Part shown: piece after piece, positions 13,701-21,796 of the stretch
How positions within the stretch are numbered: position 1 is the stretch's first letter
Layout: every line of letters starts with the position of its first letter
Source of the DNA: a virus
Taxonomy: Duplodnaviria > Heunggongvirae > Uroviricota > Caudoviricetes
Virus record (IMG/VR): IMGVR_UViG_3300037067_001516
Length of the DNA: 64,000 nucleotides
Direction: 5' to 3' (one strand)
Made by a program: the position numbers and the translations under genes
Notes under the pieces: generated by a model
The model's database searches: none
Seen by the model: the letters and a program-made list of their open reading frames with translations, nothing else
What the model was told of the DNA's origin: nothing

Positions 13701-16700
13701 CTTGCCGGATACAGAAATTATTTTGTCTAGTAGGCCTTGTGTAAATTCTTCTTTACCATCTTTTATTATTCTACTACCAAATATTTTAGCGTACTCTGGA
13801 GTCGTAAAGAATGTTCTGAGCCATCCTATCTCCTTTCTGATAGCAGCAGTAACCAGCAAACTTCTTAAAGTTATTTCTTTTCCTTTGCCTCCATTCTTCC
13901 ATGTATAACCAACGACGGGTTTCTGTCCAGATCCTTCTTGAATCATTAATTCTGTAGACCCATCTGGGTTTTCTCTAAACCAAGTATTGCTTTTTTTACC
14001 ACCAGATACTTCCATATACTTCATTTCTGTAGTCATCGTGCCGACTGGTTTGTCTAAATTCTTAATCTTCTTGCCATACAACTTCGTATTATAACCGATA
14101 AGATCCATGCCAAGACCGAACTTCCCTGTATACTGCTGATTGTAGATCAATCTTATTTCACCAGTATCAGCATCTTTAATAGTTATGAATGCGCTTTTAT
14201 CTTTTAATTTAAAATTCTTCAGTTGTTTATTATTGTCCAGGATAAATAATTTTATATTGTCAGTAACTTTAACCGGGACAAGAATATCATTCTCTACTGC
14301 ATCGGCAAAGAAATTTGTTCTACGTCTGAATTCTTTAGCTAGATCTACGGCCTGGTTAATCGATTTCTTTTCAGTCGGGTACTTAGTATGCATTCTAGAA
14401 ATAGCTTGATCTAATTCTTTTTGATTCATGATCAAACGGAAAGGCTTTGCCTTATCATCAGGTACTCTTCTAAAGAAATTAAAGAACGCTTCCATACCTA
14501 CGTCATCTAGTTTATCCATCCTTAACATCATGTATTCGGCTTCCGGCTTAGTAACATATCTAGAATAATGAATACTGTCTTTTACTTTGTTAACGAAATT
14601 ATCTTCACTAACTTTTATTTTAAGACCAGCTGGAATTTTTTCCGGATCTATCTTACGTTTCTCAAAATCGTTTATCCTTATAACTTCTTTTAATTTAATA
14701 GGATCATTGTAGATCTCTGGCTTAACAATGTCTTTTAGGTTTGTTTCTTTAGTAGTATATACTTTGTCATAATAAAATTCAGGATGACTAGTATCAATAA
14801 TATCTTCTAACTCCTGCAGGGATAGGCCCATGTTTTCGCTGAACACTCTGAAGATATTACGTTCTTCCTTCGTTGTTCTAGCTCCAGCCTTTATATAGTT
14901 AACCAGAAAGGTTTCTATCTGGTCCTTAGTCAGTCCATTTTCATCAACAAGTTTGTTTATACTTTCAATATACTTGATAGTATTCATTTCTCTAAGATTG
15001 TTGATATCATTATCAGTCATCTTAACTATCGGCCTAAACATTTCCGGTAGAGCATTAACTACTGACATGGCAGCAAGTTTGGTCCGGAACGTAGATAGAG
15101 TAGTTAAGTCCAGGCTATTAAACTTCATTCCTTTACCTATCAACTGGAACAACCCAAGCTTCTCCGGGTTACTATAGAACCCCGGCAAAGGAGCTTTCTT
15201 TTCAAACAAAACTCTGGACAGACTCCATGTAAAGTCTGCCATCTTTTTTGCTGATGCTGCATACGCGCTTCTTTCAGCGGAGTTGGCTAATCCTGAATAA
15301 CCAGATTTGAATATAGTTTTTGATCCTAACTTTATAGCATTGAGCCCCGGTACCCATAAGAAATTAATCGGATCTACAACATTTTTTACAATAGCTTCTT
15401 CAAACAATGTATATCGTACTGGGTGTTCCTTAGCCCACTTTAATCTGTTCTCTGTACTGAATAGCATGTTGGACAATATCGGTTCATCATACGCTTTAGG
15501 TACGCGTATTGTTATTCCTTTAGGGATCTCTGTCCAATCTTTTGTATTCCCAGAATGTAATCCTAATGCATTAAAATCATTCAGATCTAGAATAGATGAA
15601 ATTATTTTTTCTCTATCTGGCCCAGGCTTTACAATATCATATAGACTCATTACTTCGTTCGTTATGAATCTATCTTCTGATATCTTACCAGCAATAAATT
15701 TGTTTCTCTTATCCATTGTCTTCGCAAAATTGCTAGCCCTTGGATTACCTGGATATATAATAAGTTCGGTACCTTCTGGTATATCATCGAAGTCACTTAT
15801 ATTTTTATTCAAACTCTTTATCTCATCAATACGTTCATAGTCCCAAGGATCAAGAAAGTTTTCTAACTTGCCCTGCATTGGTGTTACTAAAACTTTTTTA
15901 TCATACTCAGTCCACAATAGATCTGCATTTTCTGGCAGGTCCGGGTTGTTCATGCCTACTCTTATAGCATGAATAAACCTGGTCCCTTGAACAAATGGAT
16001 CAAGCATATCGCTGTAACTTTCTAGAAAATACTTTGCTTCTGACGGAAGTCCCATATTTTCTAATCCGCCGAGAAACCATTCTCTCATTTTTATATCTTT
16101 CTTAGATCCGAAATCACCAACAATATCAAGCAACGTGGCTGTATTTCTCGCCATGTTTACCATCTGAGGAAACGACTCAGTATATAAATTCTTATACATG
16201 TATGCTGCTGTTTCCGCTAATTCTTTACCGACTGTTTCTGATAATGGTTTAGAGTTTATTATTTGATTATTGTATTCCTTTAATGTATCTATCATGCTTC
16301 CCCTTACACCTAGTTTCTCAAGACCAGTAAGTTCATAATTACCTACCTTTGTTATCAGTTTAACAAGACCATCTATAGAAGAGAGGACTTTGTCGGGGAT
16401 AAACGTTATTACTTCACCGGCGGCATTGAACACGGTACCAAATACTGCAGGCACAACTTGTTTACCCATTTCAAGCTGGACATCTTTATAATCATATGAG
16501 GCTGCGTTCTCTCCGAACACATCCTTTGTTGATTGCTTAAGTGTCTTAAATTTCCATGGGTGTAAGACATCCCATGATTCCGCGGCGGCTTGCGCTACTT
16601 TGCTTTGTCTTTGTAATTCATATATCTCATCAAAGCCGCTATAATATTTCTCTCTCTTATCGGCATCGACAAGTTTGTTTGATATCTTGCTTATGTTATC

Positions 16701-18998
16701 AAATATATTTTGTACCTTATCCTGCAGAACTCCTTCTTCTAATAGTGCAACCTGGGTCTTTTCATCGTACTTGTTCAACTCATTTAAAAATTTATCATTG
16801 TTCTGTTCTGCAAAGACTCTGTTCTTTTCATATTGCTTAACAGTTTTAATAAGCTGATCAGCTTCTGACGCGGACATTATGTTTCCAGATGTGACCATCT
16901 TTCTAAAATTGCTAGATGTGATTACTGTAATAAGACCATTAAAACTATTTTTTATTTGATTATTTATATCTTTATATCTAGCGACAGCATTGTTCCCAGT
17001 TATAGAATTTCTTGACAGTTCAGCTTTTATATCTTCTATTCTCTTTCCAAGTGTGTTCAGCCTATCTATTGCTGCTTTGTTTTGTGATTGGAAATTTAGA
17101 AGACCGACGTATTCTTGCTGTGATATCGCTGATAAATCTTTCTGAGCTGAAGATATATAGTCTTCCATGCCAGGTGTAGACAATAACTTTTCAAGTTCTA
17201 TATTTACATCTTTATATTTCTGCATTAAACCTGCTTCGGTCTGAGTAGACTCAGTATAAATATCATTGAGTTCATTTCTTATCGTGCCAGAAGCATCGAG
17301 TTTATCTATAGAACTTAACGCTTTTATTAATTCTTCTGAGCCCTCGCCAAACTTTTCTCTTAAATCTTTAGCCGATTCTGAACCTGTACCGCTAAACACT
17401 TTGGAAAGTTTTCCACTTATGGAACCAAGGATCCCCGCTTCCTGAACGATCATATCTTTCTGGGCAACTCTAACTTGCCCAATGAGACTATCTTCAGGTA
17501 TATTACTTATTTTTAATTGTCTTTCGACTAATGCTTTATTTATTTCTTCAGCAGTTGGTATCCTGTCCCCAAAGTCTCCTAGGCCCAATTTATTAAATTC
17601 TGCTATCGCAGCCGGTAACTCACTAGTCAACAATAATTCTTTATCCTTTCTGGCTTTAGCAAGATCTATCTGCCACTTCTCAAGTTTTGTTTCCTTATCT
17701 ATTCTCTTCGCAATGATGTCTTTGACATCTTGATCAGGAATAACTAGGGCCGGAGTGCTATCAGATATAGGAGACATCAATATTATAGTTTTATCTTCTT
17801 CTATTTTTTTAGGTTCAATAAAACTAGGAGTACTTATCGATGTAAAGTTGTCGATATTTAAATTGAGATCGTTAATTACAGCCTTATACTTAGGTATTAT
17901 TGTCTCGGCAAAAAATGGATTAGGAACAGTGCTGTTATCTATGGAAGCATTATTGATTGCTTTATTCGTTTCATATAATAGCGCATTACTATTCTTGCTT
18001 TCATTATAGAATTCATCAAGTTTCTCTGTAATATAGTTATAACCCGGCGTTGTCCCGGCAAGTATCGGTGCGATTATTTCATCTATCTTCGGTTTCGTTA
18101 TTGTTATTACTTCATTAAATATATCTTTGTTCTCTGGATCAGTAAGTTTACTGGCATTATCCCCGTACTTTCTATTAAGACTGATAATATCCGGATCTTC
18201 TGGATTAAATGCAGAGTCTAAAATATTAATAGATGGCGAGATAAACTGTTTAGACATGCCTTCTTCTACCTTTTGTACAGGTTCTGTGTACGGTTGTACA
18301 GGAATATCGTACGGAATCTTAGGAAGTTCTAACTTAGGTTTAGCTGAGATCTTTTGAGACTCTATTATTTCAACCTTCTTCGTCTTTTCAGGTTCAACAA
18401 TAGTTACTGGTTCTACGATTGGTTTAGGATTAGTAGATTCTATGGGCTTAATACTCTTCGCTTTTTCTATTGCTTCCAGTTCTATCTTCTTAGAATCTTT
18501 AATAGGATCCTTCGCGCCTGTAAGGTACGCTGGATCTAACGTTTTTTGATAGGCCTCTATCTTAAGTTTCTCGGCGGGAGAAACTGTTTGTTCTTTCTTG
18601 ATGGCTGGAGTCATCGGACCGGCCACTGGTAGGTGCCCAGGTGTTTGATTAAGATCAGCGAGTACCTTTACGTCATCTACGCTCTTATATTTAGCCTTGA
18701 GTTCATTCTTAACCTTATCTATAGACGCTCCGTCTATAATCTTTTGTTTCGCCAAACGCAAATCAGAGAAGTAATCATACTTCTCTGTTGGTCTAATAGG
18801 AGTTAACTTCCCCTTTAAGTACAAATCATAGGCGCCGGCCTGTCTCCATTCCAAACCTAGGTCATTGTCTATTTGTTCACTAGGCAAATCTTTAAACTCT
18901 TTCTTCACATTGTTCCAGACTTCTCCCCATTGCTTTCCGTTCTTTAGATCAGTCTTAGCTTTAGACAATGTCTCAATGTACTTGTTTGTATTTATCAT
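4737..18998 (-). CDS. giant 4,753-aa protein: Pro-rich linker near N-terminus, long coiled-coil-prone Lys/Glu/Asn-rich tracts, C-terminal about 35-40 aa tandem repeats (W-D-x-F-R-x-x-Y-F-x-x-N-P...YYP)
   Basis: Single 14,262-nt open frame; only short antisense ORFs lie opposite it. C-terminal repeats seen in translation: WDDFRSQYFKDNPGKKIYYP, WDEFRKVYFERNPLRKEYYP, WFRNWYFYDNPEKKITFP. Confidence 0.85.
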   Translation of the reverse strand: MINTNKYIETLSKAKTDLKNGKQWGEVWNNVKKEFKDLPSEQIDNDLGLEWRQAGAYDLYLKGKLTPIRPTEKYDYFSDLRLAKQKIIDGASIDKVKNELKAKYKSVDDVKVLADLNQTPGHLPVAGPMTPAIKKEQTVSPAEKLKIEAYQKTLDPAYLTGAKDPIKDSKKIELEAIEKAKSIKPIESTNPKPIVEPVTIVEPEKTKKVEIIESQKISAKPKLELPKIPYDIPVQPYTEPVQKVEEGMSKQFISPSINILDSAFNPEDPDIISLNRKYGDNASKLTDPENKDIFNEVITITKPKIDEIIAPILAGTTPGYNYITEKLDEFYNESKNSNALLYETNKAINNASIDNSTVPNPFFAETIIPKYKAVINDLNLNIDNFTSISTPSFIEPKKIEEDKTIILMSPISDSTPALVIPDQDVKDIIAKRIDKETKLEKWQIDLAKARKDKELLLTSELPAAIAEFNKLGLGDFGDRIPTAEEINKALVERQLKISNIPEDSLIGQVRVAQKDMIVQEAGILGSISGKLSKVFSGTGSESAKDLREKFGEGSEELIKALSSIDKLDASGTIRNELNDIYTESTQTEAGLMQKYKDVNIELEKLLSTPGMEDYISSAQKDLSAISQQEYVGLLNFQSQNKAAIDRLNTLGKRIEDIKAELSRNSITGNNAVARYKDINNQIKNSFNGLITVITSSNFRKMVTSGNIMSASEADQLIKTVKQYEKNRVFAEQNNDKFLNELNKYDEKTQVALLEEGVLQDKVQNIFDNISKISNKLVDADKREKYYSGFDEIYELQRQSKVAQAAAESWDVLHPWKFKTLKQSTKDVFGENAASYDYKDVQLEMGKQVVPAVFGTVFNAAGEVITFIPDKVLSSIDGLVKLITKVGNYELTGLEKLGVRGSMIDTLKEYNNQIINSKPLSETVGKELAETAAYMYKNLYTESFPQMVNMARNTATLLDIVGDFGSKKDIKMREWFLGGLENMGLPSEAKYFLESYSDMLDPFVQGTRFIHAIRVGMNNPDLPENADLLWTEYDKKVLVTPMQGKLENFLDPWDYERIDEIKSLNKNISDFDDIPEGTELIIYPGNPRASNFAKTMDKRNKFIAGKISEDRFITNEVMSLYDIVKPGPDREKIISSILDLNDFNALGLHSGNTKDWTEIPKGITIRVPKAYDEPILSNMLFSTENRLKWAKEHPVRYTLFEEAIVKNVVDPINFLWVPGLNAIKLGSKTIFKSGYSGLANSAERSAYAASAKKMADFTWSLSRVLFEKKAPLPGFYSNPEKLGLFQLIGKGMKFNSLDLTTLSTFRTKLAAMSVVNALPEMFRPIVKMTDNDINNLREMNTIKYIESINKLVDENGLTKDQIETFLVNYIKAGARTTKEERNIFRVFSENMGLSLQELEDIIDTSHPEFYYDKVYTTKETNLKDIVKPEIYNDPIKLKEVIRINDFEKRKIDPEKIPAGLKIKVSEDNFVNKVKDSIHYSRYVTKPEAEYMMLRMDKLDDVGMEAFFNFFRRVPDDKAKPFRLIMNQKELDQAISRMHTKYPTEKKSINQAVDLAKEFRRRTNFFADAVENDILVPVKVTDNIKLFILDNNKQLKNFKLKDKSAFITIKDADTGEIRLIYNQQYTGKFGLGMDLIGYNTKLYGKKIKNLDKPVGTMTTEMKYMEVSGGKKSNTWFRENPDGSTELMIQEGSGQKPVVGYTWKNGGKGKEITLRSLLVTAAIRKEIGWLRTFFTTPEYAKIFGSRIIKDGKEEFTQGLLDKIISVSGKKIKVKESYKRDFFDVINDIKSNKKFFTSKQEIDVFNGDTQAEFLLSLSASIQELYFSNRKLFNVTYGSLKKTYDILQNDIQNKLRSVHQMSPVEELTMLIMEKIDKNPNLFGNKSKIIGRLLNDVNITSSEMKSITNELESLADSRRQQLKKAIVLNKLRQDGLSESTIKDINSGIRTYFKFNTSKGETSIDSIKRLLRTIPGFISPEDANRLKIGKLSDEQIKQLGIINKAEYLYATNKINRRFTYLTRKNISADMMPEVVDKFTRPMVDAAVDLMAKLDLDNSAPKTRIAAIIKDAIIHSQEKKIALILPEGIVSHKVIDVLDKMEVEAANTKLLLIQAKKKYKDIVYAGKKVKSDKYKYFEQSASKKVEGLTSRYNELRTKGEGYAKKHGEEFKDRLSDELQIIPSSRLKKELVITPEIEKAIYSVKSGENSGATLVISDRTPEGKAVIDFIRSRPDEFVEGSDFIVEKFDKLKDQMTSKEVTQLMLDKGMNPLLYWMLDKSNGLSMYNDNLVNLLSLSTDPTISLELKKVYFDKLYKALITSDVLSFDIFKKEFPDISEQRLMLMDKNEIIKEITTSKLSSSRKKELLNLAKRKGASIMQEKLKPSEIELRTITGKTEQGLESLASDINISKRQTPVGESTTAKDIPDGIDPDKLNELSLSESENKESKINLLFNEKVMDEMEDLNSALFAIKKALGISSIERIDKNNWKIDKSFEGNQTTSDQLALLGITGGKYIGVGDLTDEVKRRITKTENIVSDFDKEKFIDKVGVAFDVPNKMGHEELEDSIVKIADLKEARNNKIDIENKLNSIDSNIAEIKYRISENEKNKVKGKVPDKQIEKYNDLNKKFNESIIKLERSKNDLSVELDNINRKIDSTSDATDFLINGNKFDSESYKYIEERISSLKNSIFNVNKKIADSPNTYIKNNLLLSKSIIEKELARYNSILDIIVPWNLGKVNGITFTAKEIYQAVKGYISPDMEDKLNRLSEINKAFMLESNKSSLTEIGLDDVNLPTVTMEKIDSKLMQTNFWDSLSKIKSPKEIRVPKVDVININSINDTKEIIEAITDLVEKTGGEKRYPLVIDLTGKLKQKLSRSDNALAGKIHIVSNDKITSDALKNINISAGTSLTSAEVEAYNTIIKNINEHGPVWIFGEKAEKVSPASLKDSFYNKALDKKEIELLTQARKDFDKINSKFRESISGDTMFFPEDPDSLLSKIVGTETGDISKETIAQSDAILASRVNKYMNRQDVSKYMIENNVGESKVLAFQDSVKNKKLLIIADDKHSTLYKDQKNTLDEARKNGMTFVFPKDMTRGEMLIYEYLNQFPNVKFSTIKNSDISTLRRMIRTNDPDILFTISKNFDDKGRASLLKAWSEENNGIIRIYESSEKMLNSIQSELASLITKYQNTKENFLPEFTKQKAIYGERPQDILVDLASVKKTNDIKKKMDIEITQASKDYREALIKMIPENADSLTRRAMMKQIENDVASTNFLMDQIKTEVFSFGKGTRLFEELRRKVSSRLAFYGMYDQPQVGLNPGYPDVIPEYVLALRSAEWMLNKATWLSDNFSSAGRVLMSSWIRAVLLYRPRWQIWNALGDGARAIGASKNVFIMAKYLESLSRGMAMFYWKTFKETVKLPLELLPKNARNKLGKFMDYSLIDIDFTKPIARTKYFELKGSLTNAHKLLNDGGVTAIGETITTADMERLVSSGIDRIIADPRYAQVKIDLIKDSGLASRLGRRLKVIDSDLQIVSSALETSRRAVLAWDLLYKKSMNIAAAEMKVKKWMFDYRELTLAGRLLRNFFPFYTFTSKSIQLYLSVCLKYGPGTWRAAVAVLDAFEEKQKDLPDQYKNRIEVGNNIWWLTSFGIKEYFEMIFNPTKMVQEFIKNPSRMLFGLSFGPIGSSAMTVITGQGYYDTTASTQEFYDRGWTTEDIQNFRNKEDSKFSDSITFDKTNESLYTFLASVLPFGQLTKDLASIDISTILRGNTTFNSKKVRLLMNYFFGANYKKMEDIEMVFDTIMKLPPGEQYILQESLKKENPDLYGYLQEYSVLSKVTKVLNAKGKDWNEKSQDLVKSIITYNYYNLEAKEHGSGDEWLNENPQYAKIMQEVWSNGSQTSSKIYGKEKFDVSQIRSIANKILSNVKDADDKKISKMKLAGIDVPFGNAISKEELRNAMYDQNGNFRLNSLDQLATIVDAYGLEGELFDINKVKTEAEKGYQDFKNLSLKAREEKRLDDQKYYDSMSVVFKVLPNNLDELSQEESAKVWDEYNRLLETLILSNPEYKKKYYDDMPEWQRKYNEFKIAYSETWTKLRNKFNDPDQNFFKQFNKQPTWFRNWYFYDNPEKKITFPKFSIIFNELEKNPSANYYDLFYQKPGDKGWDDFRSQYFKDNPGKKIYYPVAAIYNKTINRIVELKGEDATKEWGSLYDWLWSKQDALKAWDKDKPGQYIYIEKLRELNKSGDGTDYYTRFYTNKDKSWDEFRKVYFERNPLRKEYYPLALKLEGKTWEERESILKDPANKAAIIAWDKDKPGRLEKSQAYLKYEKMWGAFDAIDNMTWEGKRERATYLNEHPDLVKMWDNNDTPEQLAVKHKQKEYFNILYQIPADGTGRDYLIKYYTLKSKADKYLEDNPDIQKYWDSLKKTYTGKEKVIRDLLSEYNKIELQVDKTSFILKHPELSEYFLNQAPPGIRKLMILEKLYFQIDGSEKRTAFVKARPELAEYWELKKMPASFLSDPKVMKEYQAKLDSFLQFTNAIQAKDDVQVELFRKSVSEKPDTSTAEGKWLADKMYQASMKAWASTFGSILSTYFFRTLPAWIRNEYFKSHPKSKVLSYMSLGRALEEGLRIYSKQNKEETWADSLMFKYGKDMPFQLKEKVSREMIRLGKWTDRSTWSKERWAEYQLDKLARTGRIRRQELSNNKLLNLEAQRVARTFTSSMFNKPLKEFGTLNVFKGSVEAEKNPSNIFLGAEELVLRTIPSNKRVMKLFDYEV

Positions 18999-19045
18999 GT
19001 AACAGAACGCCAGAGATGATTAGGCGTTATAAATATAGATAGTTG

Positions 19046-19099
19046 TCCCTCAACACACAGTTTTTAGCGACTATACGACTAAGATGAAATGTTGAGGGA
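19046..19099. repeat. perfect 10-bp inverted repeat TCCCTCAACA / TGTTGAGGGA with 34-nt spacer, 50-100 nt upstream of the giant gene start
   Basis: Read directly: 19046-19055 and 19090-19099 are reverse complements. Confidence 0.6.
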
Positions 19100-19229
19100 T
19101 ACAGACGATTCCGTTCCTCGGAAGGATTGGTATCGCTCTGGAGTTTGGGTTGGCCCCATGTCGTCATCTTAATGTATATAGTTGCTTTCCCAACATACCA
19201 TCCTACTGAATATGTTGAGAGACAAATAT

Positions 19230-19673
19230 CTATGCCCATTTCATAAACTCAAAGATCTTTTTCCTATAAGAATCAAGCTTATTGCTGGGTTTTTCTTCTG
19301 GTTTTTTATAAAAGATATCTATATTCCTCTGAAGACCAAGCTTCCTGTAGTAAATCTGGCACAATTTGAAGTTGTTTGTCTTGATTGTCTTCGTAGTATA
19401 GATCTCATTGTTATTAGAAACGTAATCTACCACGTAATTAAACCTCTGAAGGTCTTTCTCGTCACAAATAAACTCAGGATTATGGATAATAACTAGGTCA
19501 GGCTTGTCACTATTGGCAATATTCCTTAATTCTCTGTAGCTTTTACCGAAATAGTGCAGTACATTCTCTTTATCATCGACAACTCTGACGTTTCTTGTCG
19601 CTAAGAACGCGATCATGAAGTCTTTTGGCGGGTAACACTTTACGTTTTGGCTCATATAACTACATATTAGCAT
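19230..19673 (-). CDS. hypothetical protein (147 aa)
   Basis: ORF on the same strand as the block. Confidence 0.5.
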   Translation of the reverse strand: MLICSYMSQNVKCYPPKDFMIAFLATRNVRVVDDKENVLHYFGKSYRELRNIANSDKPDLVIIHNPEFICDEKDLQRFNYVVDYVSNNNEIYTTKTIKTNNFKLCQIYYRKLGLQRNIDIFYKKPEEKPSNKLDSYRKKIFEFMKWA

Positions 19674-19675
19674 TA

Positions 19676-19819
19676 TTTAATAAGACTGTCAACTTTAAAC
19701 ATCTTTCTATCGTGGAATTCTTCCTGTTTGCCATCATTCCATTGTTTAACCGGGCGTAGATAACCACATACTCGGCTATAAACTTCACATTCTTGTCTTT
19801 TTAATTTGATTGGAGCCAT
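19676..19819 (-). CDS. 47-aa ORF resembling the C-terminal glycyl-radical domain of anaerobic ribonucleotide reductase NrdD (MAPIKLKRQECEVYSRVCGYLRPVKQWNDGKQEEFHDRKMFKVDSLIK)
   Basis: Hand translation of the minus strand. S-R-V-C-G-Y-L fits the glycine-radical signature [STIV]-x-R-[IVT]-[CSA]-G-Y and is followed by W-N-x-G-K-x-E-E, as in NrdD C-termini. Below the 60-aa cutoff of the ORF track. Confidence 0.4.
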
Positions 19820-19979
19820 ATTGTTATATTTTATACGTGGTCAATGTATCTATAGTTAATTAAAAATCTTTTTTGGACACTACGGGCCCCTCAAACTGTC
19901 GTAGGTAATACAGAAAGTGTAGAGAGAAGTTATAACAAGTAATTATAAGGCGATAAGATCTCTTAGAGTGAAGATATCT

Positions 19980-20285
19980 TCAATTCTTAGACAGATATTC
20001 TATAGCTTTTAACAATAAAGATACATTATCTTTGAATCTTCCTATCCCATGATTACACTGTAGACACAACAACCCGCGTATTTTTCCGGTGTTATGATCA
20101 TGGTCGACATGAAATCTTTCTGCACCAACTGGAGACCTTCCGCAAATTGCACACTTACCGTTCTGGTTAACAAACATTTGATTATATACTTCCGTAGTTA
20201 TACCGTAGTTTCTTATGTAATCTCTGTTCCTTTTTTCCTCTTTGTGCTTGCGTCGGTACTCTACCGCGTGTTTTGTTGATTTCAT
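19980..20285 (-). CDS. HNH endonuclease (T4 endonuclease VII-like zinc-binding HNH motif)
   Basis: CAICGRSPVGAERFHVDHDHNTGKIRGLLCLQCNHGIG: CxxC...HVDHDHxTGxxRGLLCxxCN is the classic HNH core. Confidence 0.75.
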   Translation of the reverse strand: MKSTKHAVEYRRKHKEEKRNRDYIRNYGITTEVYNQMFVNQNGKCAICGRSPVGAERFHVDHDHNTGKIRGLLCLQCNHGIGRFKDNVSLLLKAIEYLSKN

Positions 20286-21080
20286 ATTATTGTTCTATAG
20301 GGCCCGTCTTCACTCATGTTATGTAAGAATGTTGTTATAAGAGTATCTACACATACTGTTCGACATGGATTCTCCTATTTGTTCTATCAGCCAGGCCCGA
20401 AGACAGTTTCTTAGACTTTGTCTTGACCATCTGATAGTGGAATCATGGAAGGGGGCCCGTTCTCTCCGTGGATTTCGACTGACTATAACTCATACATTAG
20501 TATCAGTTACGATCACTCGACGACCACGGTGTACAACCATTTATCCTCAGCCACTTTTATTAACGCCAAAGCTACTGACCAGGCGTCACATTCTATTGTA
20601 CTAATTATCTTCTAAAATCTAGCAATAACCCGCATCTACTCTCAGGAAAAAGTAGAGAAGTTACTACTAGGTTTTAGCAAACAAAAAACTCCTAGGTATA
20701 AAACCTACGAGTACTAGAGATTGTAAAACGTATATAACATATAGGGTGAGGGCTGTCCGGCCCATGTTAATGATTTAAATCTTTTATCTACAATAAGTAT
20801 AGCATACCCACAGATATTGTCAAGGCCCAATCCAGAAAAATTTTTAGAAAATTTCGGGCCCATATTGCCTCTTAACCAATAGATCTAATGGGGAATCCAA
20901 AATAAAAAGTAAGAGGTTTGCGCGTATCCACTGAAAAAAATAGAGATCGCTCACGCAGTATGACTTCTAAAAAATAATTGTTAGATCTGCGCAGTATGAC
21001 TACACAAAAACACACACAATATAAGAGCACATGGGGGAATACAATATAAACACACATATATCTATACCACGTTCTAACGT

Positions 21081-21108
21081 AGTCTGACCCACGTTCTTAG
21101 CTGCGTTA
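21081..21108 (+). promoter_or_regulatory. copy 1 of repeated motif GTCTGACCCACGTTCTTAGCTGCG (promoter-like), about 40 nt upstream of ORF 21149
   Basis: Near-identical 25-nt motif recurs 5 times in intergenic DNA upstream of plus-strand ORFs. Confidence 0.45.
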
Positions 21109-21148
21109 ATCAATTGCTTATGTAATTTAATTAACTAATAATAATCGT

Positions 21149-21490
21149 ATGGTTAAACAACCTACACATTTCGAAACAACTTGTCCAAAGTGTCAAGGTC
21201 TTGGTTCTGTCTGTAAGAATCAAGACGGCATCATGTGGTTTGATTGTTTCTCATGTCAGTACTCTGCCTCTTGGCACGAAGTATCTGGCCAAAACAAAGA
21301 GAAGTTACTAGCCGATGACGGTCCATCTTTGGATTTAATGGCTATAGAAGCTTCTACTAAAGGCACTAGATATTGCCCGCTTGATCATGAATACACTGAT
21401 GACTGCGGAGAATGCGAGATGTGTCCTGATTATCCTGATAATACTGAGGACATGAACTACGAACGTATAGCTGAGAAGTACTTCGATTAA
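21149..21490 (+). CDS. Cys-rich zinc-ribbon-like small protein (113 aa)
   Basis: CPKCQG...CFSCQY and CGECEMC motifs; preceded by the repeated promoter-like motif. Confidence 0.55.
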   Translation: MVKQPTHFETTCPKCQGLGSVCKNQDGIMWFDCFSCQYSASWHEVSGQNKEKLLADDGPSLDLMAIEASTKGTRYCPLDHEYTDDCGECEMCPDYPDNTEDMNYERIAEKYFD

Positions 21491-21592
21491 ACGAATAAGG
21501 CGTAGCTTTTAAAGGCATGAGTCTCTGACTCATAACCTAAAGGGCTGCGCCTTTTTTCGTATCAAAGAATTGATTAACGCTAGCCAATGGCC

Positions 21593-21625
21593 GGTGTCTA
21601 ACCCACGTTTTTAGTAGCGTTAAAT
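21593..21625 (+). promoter_or_regulatory. copy 2 of repeated motif GGTGTCTAACCCACGTTTTTAGTAGCG
   Basis: See copy 1. Confidence 0.45.
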
Positions 21626-21660
21626 TCTTATTAGTCATTTTAAAAGTGGTCAGCATAGCT

Positions 21661-21727
21661 CCGGGGTCTAACCCACGGTAGTGTATTAGACACCTCCGGG
21701 GTCTAACCCACGTTCTTAGTAGCGAGT
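21661..21727 (+). promoter_or_regulatory. copies 3 and 4: CCGGGGTCTAACCCACGGTAGTG and CCGGGGTCTAACCCACGTTCTTAGTAGCG in tandem, upstream of ORF 21797
   Basis: Tandem duplicate sharing the CCGGGGTCTAACCCACG core. Confidence 0.45.
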
Positions 21728-21796
21728 ATCTGGCATTGTGAACTTACTTAAAGGTCGACATCTGAAGTAGGTTTTCTTATTCTTAACGCTTGTCTT

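Noticed and set aside
5994-18539. About 25 plus-strand ORFs of 60-230 aa listed opposite the giant minus-strand gene
   Set aside because: All lie antisense within a continuous 14-kb coding frame. They are Ser/Leu/Ile/Phe-rich as expected of antisense to a Lys/Glu/Asn-rich gene, and show no motifs or plausible starts.
19027-19239. Track ORF 19027..19239 (-), 70 aa
   Set aside because: Covers the inverted-repeat regulatory region upstream of the giant gene; no coding signal.
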